NCBI GenBank assembly: GCA_029762535.1
Contig: JARVGK010000026.1
Span: forward strand, 1 to 19,535
Reading direction: 5' to 3'
DNA: 19,535 bases
Source: Thermoplasmatota archaeon
GTDB taxonomy: Archaea > Thermoplasmatota > Penumbrarchaeia > Penumbrarchaeales > Penumbrarchaeaceae
How positions within the stretch are numbered: the stretch's first letter is position 1; each line of letters begins with the position of its first letter. Below, in pieces: positions 9,244 to 16,487 of the stretch. Both the position numbers and the translations under genes were made by a program. The notes beneath the pieces were generated by a model. That model had not been told where the DNA came from. It was given only the letters and a program-made list of their open reading frames with translations, and searched no databases.

Positions 9244-10569
9244 TCAGGATCGCAGAATTCCTGCCTCCTCATGTTCGAGCAGGTATTTCCATAAAGGGAT
9301 GAAATGTAGCTGAGATCCTTTGATGACCTCAACCTTGTCCCGATCCCCGCCTATGATCAAGAGATCATCACAATCCAGTTCCTTCGAGGCCTTGATCAGG
9401 CTCCTGATCTCTCTGGAGACAGTATCAGGTCTATCGAGGTCAGAGCATACTTGGATCAATTGCGAGACCTTTCCATCCGATCTGATGACGAAATCCACCT
9501 CCCATCCACGATCGTCCCTCCAGTAGGATAACTTTTCACGAAGGCCTCTTCTTAATAGCTCGATGGCAACACAGTTCTCATACGACCTTCCGATATCCTT
9601 CCCAAAAGTGGTCGATAACGCTGTAAGGAATCCGTTATCGATGAAATATTGTTTCCGGGGGTATTGTAGTGGGTCCTTTACGTTGAATGAGAATATCTTC
9701 ACGTTATGCATGAAATAACTACTTTCAACATATTCCAAATAAGTGAATAGAGTGCTCTTGCCAACCGAGTGTCCTTGACTTTTCAATGTATTGTGCAATT
9801 TGCTCACGGAATATCTGGTCGAATTTAGCAGAAGAAGCAGCATCGCCTTCAAAGCAGCCTCATTTTGGACGTTGTAACGTTCAACGATATCACGGCCGAC
9901 CACTGTTCGAAAATATTCTTGAAGGATCTCCACTTTCATAGAGGAAGGAGAATCAACGACTTCGGGCATACCGCCATATTTCAGGTATTCGTCAAGATTC
10001 CTTCTCAAGGTGGCATATTCCATTTCACGGAATTCGATATGATCCAGGTTAAGAGATATCCCCTTGTAATTCAGGAATTCTTTGAAGGATAGTGGGAATA
10101 TTTCAACCTCCAAAGCCCTTCCTCTAAGCTCTGTGGGGATCTCTCTACTGGATACTTTCGAGCTGGAACCCGTTAGGAATAACCTCAGATCCTTTTGATC
10201 GTGGATCCTTCTTAACCATCTACTCCAATCGGTCATCTCCTGGAGCTCGTCCAGAAAGAGAAACTGGGTCTTTTTTTCGAAGGTAGACCTTATGACGGGG
10301 ATCAATTCCGTGAGGAATGTTGTATCAGGTGGAATTCTCTCATCATTGAAATCGATGTGAATGACCTCTTCCTTTGAAAGACCCTTGAGGAGGTCTTTTA
10401 TCAATCCATATAATAAGAAGGTCTTTCCAGTTCTTCTAAAACCCGTGACTACTATGATCTTCTTTGGGGTCATCTGAAGATATCTGGTGAGGTCGACGTC
10501 ACGTGTCTTGATCTGGGGGATCTCCTTTTCGATCCAGTAGTACAAAATTGTCCTTATTGTCCTATCCAT
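9244..10569 (-). CDS. AAA_14 family ATPase with C-terminal DUF4143 (nuclease-like) domain
   Basis: GFRRTGKT, LFLDELQE, TGSSS, GGMPEVV, KQYFIDNG, YENCVAIEL, YWRDDRGWEVDFVI...LIQVC. Confidence 0.92.
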   Translation of the reverse strand: MDRTIRTILYYWIEKEIPQIKTRDVDLTRYLQMTPKKIIVVTGFRRTGKTFLLYGLIKDLLKGLSKEEVIHIDFNDERIPPDTTFLTELIPVIRSTFEKKTQFLFLDELQEMTDWSRWLRRIHDQKDLRLFLTGSSSKVSSREIPTELRGRALEVEIFPLSFKEFLNYKGISLNLDHIEFREMEYATLRRNLDEYLKYGGMPEVVDSPSSMKVEILQEYFRTVVGRDIVERYNVQNEAALKAMLLLLLNSTRYSVSKLHNTLKSQGHSVGKSTLFTYLEYVESSYFMHNVKIFSFNVKDPLQYPRKQYFIDNGFLTALSTTFGKDIGRSYENCVAIELLRRGLREKLSYWRDDRGWEVDFVIRSDGKVSQLIQVCSDLDRPDTVSREIRSLIKASKELDCDDLLIIGGDRDKVEVIKGSQLHFIPLWKYLLEHEEAGILRS

Positions 10570-10626
10570 GTGACAATAACTATAGTATATTGTCCTATTT
10601 ATAATTTAGGAGGTCTGATTCCTTAT

Positions 10627-10692
10627 GTTCCTACGTATGGGATTTCCCTAAGGTCGATAGTTGGAGTTTATGCTTTTTCTATACGATAAGAG
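10627..10692 (+). repeat. Degenerate direct repeat, copy 2
   Basis: Core ATAGTTGGAGTTTATGC at 10657-10673. Confidence 0.75.
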
Positions 10693-10749
10693 GAACATTG
10701 GCTTAAATATGATCAGCTCAAGACCCTTCTCTGAGCCTCTTCCTCCTTC

Positions 10750-11310
10750 TTACCACCGCCAGAAAAATTGAAGTTGACCCCTTCGAATATTTTGAAGATG
10801 CCCTCGAAGATCGACACCGTCAGCTCCCGCGCAGGCGATTATCACCACGATACCGATTATGAACAAAAGGACCAGGATCACGAGGATAACCTTCGCCACC
10901 TTGAGCCAATCAACGTTCTTCATTGACTCGGCGACCCCCTCCCCGATCTCCCTCCCTTTTTGAGGGATCCCAAAGTCGGGGATACTCTCCTCGCCAAGGA
11001 CGATCCTCTTGATCCTCTCCATCGGGATCGCCTTCTGGGCTTTGGACAGGTCGATGTCAGGATCGTTCGATCCCCCGAGGATCGAAGGCATGGCCTTCTC
11101 CCAGAGGTCGAAGGACCTGTCGATCATGTCCAGGGCTCTCTCCCCTTTAGGGAGGATCGCCTGGAGATCCTCCAGGAAGACCTGCATCCTCGTGTAGGGA
11201 AGGTGGAAGTTCTTCCCGTCGAATTTAAGGTAGGCGAATTCCCCGGACTTGAAGAAGTGTTTTATGACCGGTGTGTAAGCGATGGGTATGGTGTAAGTTG
11301 ACGGATCCAA
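10750..11310 (-). CDS. Hypothetical membrane protein (TM helix near C-terminus; possible frameshift near 3' end)
   Basis: TTG start preceded by AGGGGGA; hydrophobic stretch VAKVILVILVLLFIIGIVVIIA. Confidence 0.6.
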   Translation of the reverse strand: MDPSTYTIPIAYTPVIKHFFKSGEFAYLKFDGKNFHLPYTRMQVFLEDLQAILPKGERALDMIDRSFDLWEKAMPSILGGSNDPDIDLSKAQKAIPMERIKRIVLGEESIPDFGIPQKGREIGEGVAESMKNVDWLKVAKVILVILVLLFIIGIVVIIACAGADGVDLRGHLQNIRRGQLQFFWRW

Positions 11311-11384
11311 GCCGATCCCCCTTAGATGAAGGGATCGCCGATATTCAATCTTTTTCCGGGGGGCCTATATCTGTGTGATCGAGA

Positions 11385-11735
11385 TCACTTCTTGAACTCT
11401 CTCTTCAGGATCGCCTCGACCTGGTCCTTGGTCTGGATGCTGGATGTTGCGGCCACGACCTTGCCCTTCTTGAAATAGACGGTGAATGGAAGCCCCATGA
11501 AGTCAGCGCACTCCGGCAGGGATCGGATGTAGTCGGCCTCAGGAATGTCGAAATCCATGTCGTAGAAGGTGACATTATCGTATCCCTTCCCTCTCTCCAA
11601 TTCCATCATCGCCTTATAGACCGGTATGCACATTGGGCCCATCCTCCCGGCGCAGATCATGACGTTCTCGTTTTGGTTCAATGCCTTCTTGATGTCGTCC
11701 TTGGTCTGTAGGTGCTTGAGTTTTGTCCGCAGCAT
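11385..11735 (-). CDS. Thioredoxin-fold protein with a non-CxxC active-site region
   Basis: Thioredoxin-like size and pattern (VTFYDMDFD, cis-Pro loop MGLPFTVYFKKGKVV); CAGRMGPMC where WCxxC is expected. Confidence 0.8.
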   Translation of the reverse strand: MLRTKLKHLQTKDDIKKALNQNENVMICAGRMGPMCIPVYKAMMELERGKGYDNVTFYDMDFDIPEADYIRSLPECADFMGLPFTVYFKKGKVVAATSSIQTKDQVEAILKREFKK

Positions 11736-11876
11736 GGCCGATCCCTTACCTATATGTGGGTGTGGTCTATGGTCCTGATGACCCTGATATTATATTGAAC
11801 CCCTAATAATTTCGTACAATTATATCGAAGGGATCGCGGGGATCAAAATAGAATGTTCTTACAGGATCTTACCTCC

Positions 11877-11896
11877 GGTTCGAACCCTCTGGTGGC
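11877..11896 (+). repeat. Inverted copy of the tRNA-Thr 3' end
   Basis: GGTTCGAACCCTCTGGTGGC matches 20 of 21 nt of the tRNA 3' end GGTTCGAATCCCTCTGGTGGC, on the opposite strand. Confidence 0.8.
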
Positions 11897-12003
11897 GGCT
11901 ATAATCTAATTGTGTCGGGAAGCTCAATTGAATGCCGTAACATCAGGCTTCCCGGTCTTGGGAAAATCGAAATACGACATTGATACCATGTCGATTTTCC
12001 CGA

Positions 12004-12048
12004 CTTTTTCATCCCATATAGCTTGATGGATGCTAAGGGATGAAAAAG
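12004..12048. terminator. 12-bp perfect inverted repeat immediately 3' of tRNA-Thr (terminator-like hairpin with T-run)
   Basis: CTTTTTCATCCC (12004-12015) / GGGATGAAAAAG (12037-12048). Confidence 0.55.
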
Positions 12049-12122
12049 AGCCACCAGAGGGATTCGAACCCCCGACCTGCTGATTACAAGTCAGCCGCTC
12101 AACCGGGCTAAGCTATGGTGGC
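12049..12122 (-). tRNA. tRNA-Thr(UGU)
   Basis: Minus strand folds as a cloverleaf: GCCACCA acceptor, D arm, GCTGA-CT TGT AA-TCAGC anticodon arm, GGGGG-TTCGAAT-CCCTC T arm, TGGTGGC and U discriminator. No intron, no encoded CCA. Confidence 0.97.
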
Positions 12123-12152
12123 ATATGTTGGCGTTCCAACACTAATATCACC

Positions 12153-12170
12153 ATATTTATAAACAGTTCG
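12153..12170 (-). promoter_or_regulatory. TATA box of tRNA-Thr
   Basis: TTTATAAA at 12156-12163, about 35-40 nt upstream of the mature 5' end. Confidence 0.65.
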
Positions 12171-12196
12171 TTCACACTCATCGGAAGCAGGTCGGC

Positions 12197-12351
12197 CGCC
12201 GAAGGCGGTTATTATCCGTAATGGGGGGGTGGGGCCTTTACCCGAAAGAGTTCGAAGAACGAGAGAGGGGATCCACTGTTGGGTGTTTTTTTCAGGGAAA
12301 AAAACACGCTGATTACAAGTCAGCCGCTCAACCGGGCTAAGCTATGGTGGC
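12197..12351 (-). repeat. tRNA-Thr-linked repeat unit A (perfect copy of tRNA nt 1-44 at 12308-12351 plus ~110-bp conserved arm)
   Basis: Near-identical to 12398-12551; 12308-12351 is identical to 12079-12122. Confidence 0.95.
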
Positions 12352-12397
12352 GGATCGTTTAGGTCTGGGTGAAAAACCATTGTATAGATAAATGGTT

Positions 12398-12551
12398 CGC
12401 CTCAGGCGGTTAATATCCGTAATGGGGGGTGGGGCCTTTACCCGAGCGAGTTCGAAGAACGAGAGAGGGGATCCACTGTTGGGTGTTTTTTTCGGGGAAA
12501 AAAACACGCTGATCACAAGTCAGCCGCTCAACCGGGCTAAGCTATGGTGGC
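12398..12551 (-). repeat. tRNA-Thr-linked repeat unit B (tRNA nt 1-44 at 12508-12551 with one substitution 3' of the anticodon)
   Basis: Differs from unit A by a few substitutions and one G-run indel. Confidence 0.95.
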
Positions 12552-12586
12552 ATCTACCTATTGAGCATTGGTTACGGACCACGGGT

Positions 12587-15500
12587 TCAATCTGGGGTCA
12601 GGTACCCCCCGTCATCCACCCGGGCCATCGGAGGCGCTTCCTCCGCCTGCTCCTCTGCTTCTTCTACGGGTCCCTCAACGGATGGCCCGGCATCATCTTC
12701 CACTCCCTCTTCAGGGACCGATCCCTCCTCGGGGGCCTTCGACCCCTCGTCGAAGAGCTTGTCCACGTCGAAAACGTCATCCGGCTTCTCCTCGCCGGTG
12801 TAACCCTCCGGGGGCTCGGTACCGTAAAGCTCCCTGTATATCTCCTTCTGCTTCTCGTAGGGATCGTCCGTTCTCTTCTTCTGTGTCCTCTTCACGATCA
12901 TTATCCCGATGACGACCAGGATAATTATTATAAGCAGCGTCAGAAGCAAGAACAGGAACAGGACCAGGCCCTGGGAAAGTCCGGAAAGGAATGGGAAAAT
13001 ATCCGTGATCAGGTTGTATAGCCCCTCCCCCAGCGGGTTCCCCTTGGAATCATCCGGAGCGTCCCTGATCCGGACAGTGATGGCGTCGGAAACGATGACG
13101 GTCATATTGTCCTCGGACACCGCCCTTACGTAAAGGGTGTATTCCCCGGTATCGGCCGTTGCCGACGGGTAGATGACGATGAGCGATCTCCATAGGTCCG
13201 GGGATGTAAGACCCCTTGAGGACGATACCGGACCCCAACGAGTGTCGGTCCTCGTATCTGAGAAATATGCCCACCCTTCATCCGCTAGCTCACCCTCCAG
13301 GTAAAGAGTGACGTTGTCCGTGTAAGTTCCGAGATTTATAACGCCTATCTCCATCGGCTTTGACTTCAGGGAGCCTGATCCGCGGTATGTGAGATGTGTT
13401 TCGGGATATAGGAGATCGACCCTGTAATCGTTTATCTTTATCATACCCTCCGAGACCCTCGAAAAGTTCCCGTTGTTGTGGGCCATCACCTGGAACGAGT
13501 ACACCCCCATGCCAAGACCGAGTCCGTTCAGAGCGTACTCCGTGCTGGACCCGACGTCGGTCCAATCCAATATATCGTTCATAAAGCTCTCGGTTCCCAG
13601 CCGGATGTGATAGTTAACCTCCATGCGGTTATGGGAAGGGGACCTGCCCCATTCGATCGTGCGGTTGGTATCCGGCAGATAGAACGGTCCTACCGGAGGG
13701 GTCTCGGCAGGCGGAGGATCCCCGAAATCCACGACCCTGAAGGTGTGGGTGAGCACGTCCCATCCCCCTATCCTGTCGGTCACGTTTATCCTGAGCTTCC
13801 AGTATCCCGGGGTCAGCTTGTGTGTGTCAGGGATGTCGAAATATGTCCTTCTGCCAATTTGAACATCGTCGGAGAACTGATAGAGATCGACATGGTTCAT
13901 GAGCATGACCTTGTAATAGAGGCGATCCCCTTCCTCATCGTAGGCGTCATCCCACCAGATATGAGGTGTCTCCGAATTGATGATGCCAGGATATGCTCCG
14001 CCCATGAAGACGGGAGCGTAATTGTCGGGGATGTCAACGTTTATTCGCACCTCGGGGGTCTCCCTCAAGTTCCCAAGAAGATCGGACGCCATCCACTGTA
14101 TGTAGTTGTACACTCCTTTATCGCTGAACTTCAGATCGACATAGGCCAGGAATTGCATATCCTCGAGCGGTACTACCCTGTCCGGAACGGACCATTCACC
14201 GTAACCCTGGTTCGTCGTCCTGTACCTGTACATGATCGACGATGGATCGATGCCTATGCTCCTTGCGGACGTGCCTCCGAGTAGGTGGTCCAGCCATATG
14301 ATGCTGCAGTTGACGTCGGCGTAGATCTGAACGTCGGCCGTCGTCGGCCTCATCTGTATGAAATAAGGCACCTGCGAATCGATCCAAAGGGTGATGTATT
14401 CCGAGATGGTAGGTCCGTTACCGACCATGTCCCTGGCCTCGAACCTGACGTAGTTCTGTTTGCCCTGGGAAAGCTGTACGTTGGCGAAGGCGTTGTAGGT
14501 GTCGTTGTCTATCATCTCAGTGCTGCCTACGGGAATGCCCCTCTCGAAGTCATCAGGGGTATTGATTGACCTCTGATACTTGACCGAGGAGGGAGCCACG
14601 TGAGAACCTCCGGTATCGGTGACCCTGCCGCTGCATTGGACGCGGTCCTTGTCCATCCATTTGAACTCCTCGGGTCCAAGCATGACGACGCTTGGAGGGG
14701 TCGTATCTATCCTCGGTCCGGGGAATATGTTCGACCTTAAAAGCGTCGGGTCCCTCTCCTCCATGATCTCGACACCCCAGAAGTACTCGCCCTCGACCGG
14801 GATCACGGCCTGGGCGTGATATCCCACACCTTCGATGTAGTAAATGTCGGAATCGTTCTTCTTGGACATGGGAATATACTCCGAGAACGGGTCAAGCCCC
14901 TCCGCGTCGTTGTATATCCTCATCCTTGGATATCCGGTCCTGGGCATGTCGTTGTCGTAATCGGAATAGATGAACTCGAAATTGAAGACGCTGGATCCAT
15001 TGCCTATGGTCCTGTCGAATTCGAACGGCCCCATGAAATCGAAATCCCTCATACCAGGCAGATAGTTCGGCCCCGTGAGGGACTGTGAATGCCTTCCGAA
15101 GAAGAGGTCGCGGTAGACCTCCATGGGAAGGTAGTTCCTCTGATCGCTCCAGCACATGATGGCCCTGCCTTCCGGGGTATAGGTGATCCGGGGGAACTCC
15201 TGGTCGGTCCTATCATCCTTGAAGCGGTCCGTGTCATCCGCCCTCAGCATGTTTCCCCAGGTCCTGCCCCCATCCGATGAGTTGAGGTAGTATAGGGTCC
15301 TCTCTATCTTGTCACCCTGGAGGTTGAAGTTCTCCCTTTGGAACGACACCGATATGACCCCGTTGCTGGTCGCAGCTATGACCGGCCGATCATCGGTGGC
15401 CCTCTCCGGCACCCTGGTTATCCTGAAGTTCTTGATGAGGGTGGATCCCTTGTCCTCGCTTCGGGTCATCCATATCTCGGGGTATCCGCCCCTGGAGTCG

Positions 15501-16420
15501 CTCCAGACTATGTAGAGGTTCCCCGCGGCGTCCACCGCTGGCTCCGCATCGACGCGGACCCTATCCTCCTCCGTATCATCGGTAATGTTGATCTCGGGGT
15601 TGAAGGTCGCACCTCCGTCATTGGAGACCACCAATACCGGTTTGTAACCCAGGGTCAGGTTCCGATTATCGTGCCAGGTCACATACACATCATCGCCGTG
15701 CATGACTATCCTTGGTCGGAGATGGTTCCTGTAGTAGAGGCCGTCGGTGTTGAGGAGGACCGCAGTGGACCATGTATCCCCTCCATCGTTGGAATGAATT
15801 GAATAGATGTTGCGGTGGGAGCCGGAGTCCATCATGTCCTGCCATACGACCACGAGCCTTCCGTCCGCGTTGATGGCGATGTCAGGCTGAAAACCGTGCC
15901 ATATCTTCTCCGCTTTGACCGGGTCGATCTTGACGCTCGGGGTGAAGGATTCTCCCTTGTCGGAGGACTTGGAGAACCTGATCTCGACAGGCCTGGATAT
16001 CGGATCGTCCCCCACGAATTTCCTGTGGTCCTCCCATACCACGTATATCATACCATCGCTACCCACGGCCATTCGCGGGTGCTGCTTGGCGCTCCTGTTG
16101 TCGTTGCTGACGTTACCGTCCCTGAGTATGTCATCCACCCTTGTCGGGATCGACCATGTGGCTCCCTCGTCCTCCGATCTTGAAAGATACACCCCCCAAC
16201 GGAAGGTATGATCGCTCATGAAAAGGGCATATATCGTACCATCGGGCGCGGTCTCGAGGTCGCATGGCACCTGGGTGTTGAGGGCGTAGGCGCCCGTCGC
16301 TATCTGAACGCTGGCTGCGAATATCGGCCTGCCCCCAGTGGCCTCCATGGGCAGGAATTGCATGAGGCCGACAATGACGAGCATGGCCGCGAGGGCCGGG
16401 ACTGAGTAGCGTCTGTTCAT
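12587..16420 (-). CDS. Large membrane-anchored surface protein: BNR/Asp-box beta-propeller (sialidase-like fold), Ig-like stalk, C-terminal TM helix and acidic tail
   Basis: Signal peptide; six Asp-boxes (SEDEGATW, SSDKGESF, SNDGGDTW, SNDGGATF, SEDKGSTL, SSDGGRTW); IDTTPP-type Ig modules; TM LVLFLFLLLTLLIIIILVVIGIMIV followed by KRTQKKR. Confidence 0.85.
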   Translation of the reverse strand: MNRRYSVPALAAMLVIVGLMQFLPMEATGGRPIFAASVQIATGAYALNTQVPCDLETAPDGTIYALFMSDHTFRWGVYLSRSEDEGATWSIPTRVDDILRDGNVSNDNRSAKQHPRMAVGSDGMIYVVWEDHRKFVGDDPISRPVEIRFSKSSDKGESFTPSVKIDPVKAEKIWHGFQPDIAINADGRLVVVWQDMMDSGSHRNIYSIHSNDGGDTWSTAVLLNTDGLYYRNHLRPRIVMHGDDVYVTWHDNRNLTLGYKPVLVVSNDGGATFNPEINITDDTEEDRVRVDAEPAVDAAGNLYIVWSDSRGGYPEIWMTRSEDKGSTLIKNFRITRVPERATDDRPVIAATSNGVISVSFQRENFNLQGDKIERTLYYLNSSDGGRTWGNMLRADDTDRFKDDRTDQEFPRITYTPEGRAIMCWSDQRNYLPMEVYRDLFFGRHSQSLTGPNYLPGMRDFDFMGPFEFDRTIGNGSSVFNFEFIYSDYDNDMPRTGYPRMRIYNDAEGLDPFSEYIPMSKKNDSDIYYIEGVGYHAQAVIPVEGEYFWGVEIMEERDPTLLRSNIFPGPRIDTTPPSVVMLGPEEFKWMDKDRVQCSGRVTDTGGSHVAPSSVKYQRSINTPDDFERGIPVGSTEMIDNDTYNAFANVQLSQGKQNYVRFEARDMVGNGPTISEYITLWIDSQVPYFIQMRPTTADVQIYADVNCSIIWLDHLLGGTSARSIGIDPSSIMYRYRTTNQGYGEWSVPDRVVPLEDMQFLAYVDLKFSDKGVYNYIQWMASDLLGNLRETPEVRINVDIPDNYAPVFMGGAYPGIINSETPHIWWDDAYDEEGDRLYYKVMLMNHVDLYQFSDDVQIGRRTYFDIPDTHKLTPGYWKLRINVTDRIGGWDVLTHTFRVVDFGDPPPAETPPVGPFYLPDTNRTIEWGRSPSHNRMEVNYHIRLGTESFMNDILDWTDVGSSTEYALNGLGLGMGVYSFQVMAHNNGNFSRVSEGMIKINDYRVDLLYPETHLTYRGSGSLKSKPMEIGVINLGTYTDNVTLYLEGELADEGWAYFSDTRTDTRWGPVSSSRGLTSPDLWRSLIVIYPSATADTGEYTLYVRAVSEDNMTVIVSDAITVRIRDAPDDSKGNPLGEGLYNLITDIFPFLSGLSQGLVLFLFLLLTLLIIIILVVIGIMIVKRTQKKRTDDPYEKQKEIYRELYGTEPPEGYTGEEKPDDVFDVDKLFDEGSKAPEEGSVPEEGVEDDAGPSVEGPVEEAEEQAEEAPPMARVDDGGYLTPD

Positions 16421-16487
16421 CTGGACACCTCCGGTTGGGTCTTCCGGAAAAGGGGCTTAGTAGTATATTAACGGCACGGATTGGGAC

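Noticed and set aside
11780-11832. Possible Xer/dif site in the AT-rich stretch upstream of the thioredoxin gene
   Set aside because: No clean 11-6-11 dyad; promoter sequence is the simpler explanation.
11877-12551. Split (trans-spliced) or permuted tRNA-Thr
   Set aside because: An intact tRNA-Thr(UGU) is present, the 3' fragment is only 20 nt, and I see no complementary leader/trailer or bulge-helix-bulge joining the pieces.
12197-12551. Additional full or intron-containing tRNA genes in units A and B
   Set aside because: No T arm plus acceptor 3' strand follows the fragments within a unit; the TTCGAAC in the arm lacks a proper T stem and a following TGGTGGC.
11736-12586. Autonomous integrative element or provirus at tRNA-Thr
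   Set aside because: The segments between att-like repeats are under 200 bp and encode no integrase or viral proteins.
12392-13021. 209-aa plus-strand ORF
   Set aside because: Runs through the non-coding repeat and antisense to the large surface-protein gene; no recognisable motifs.
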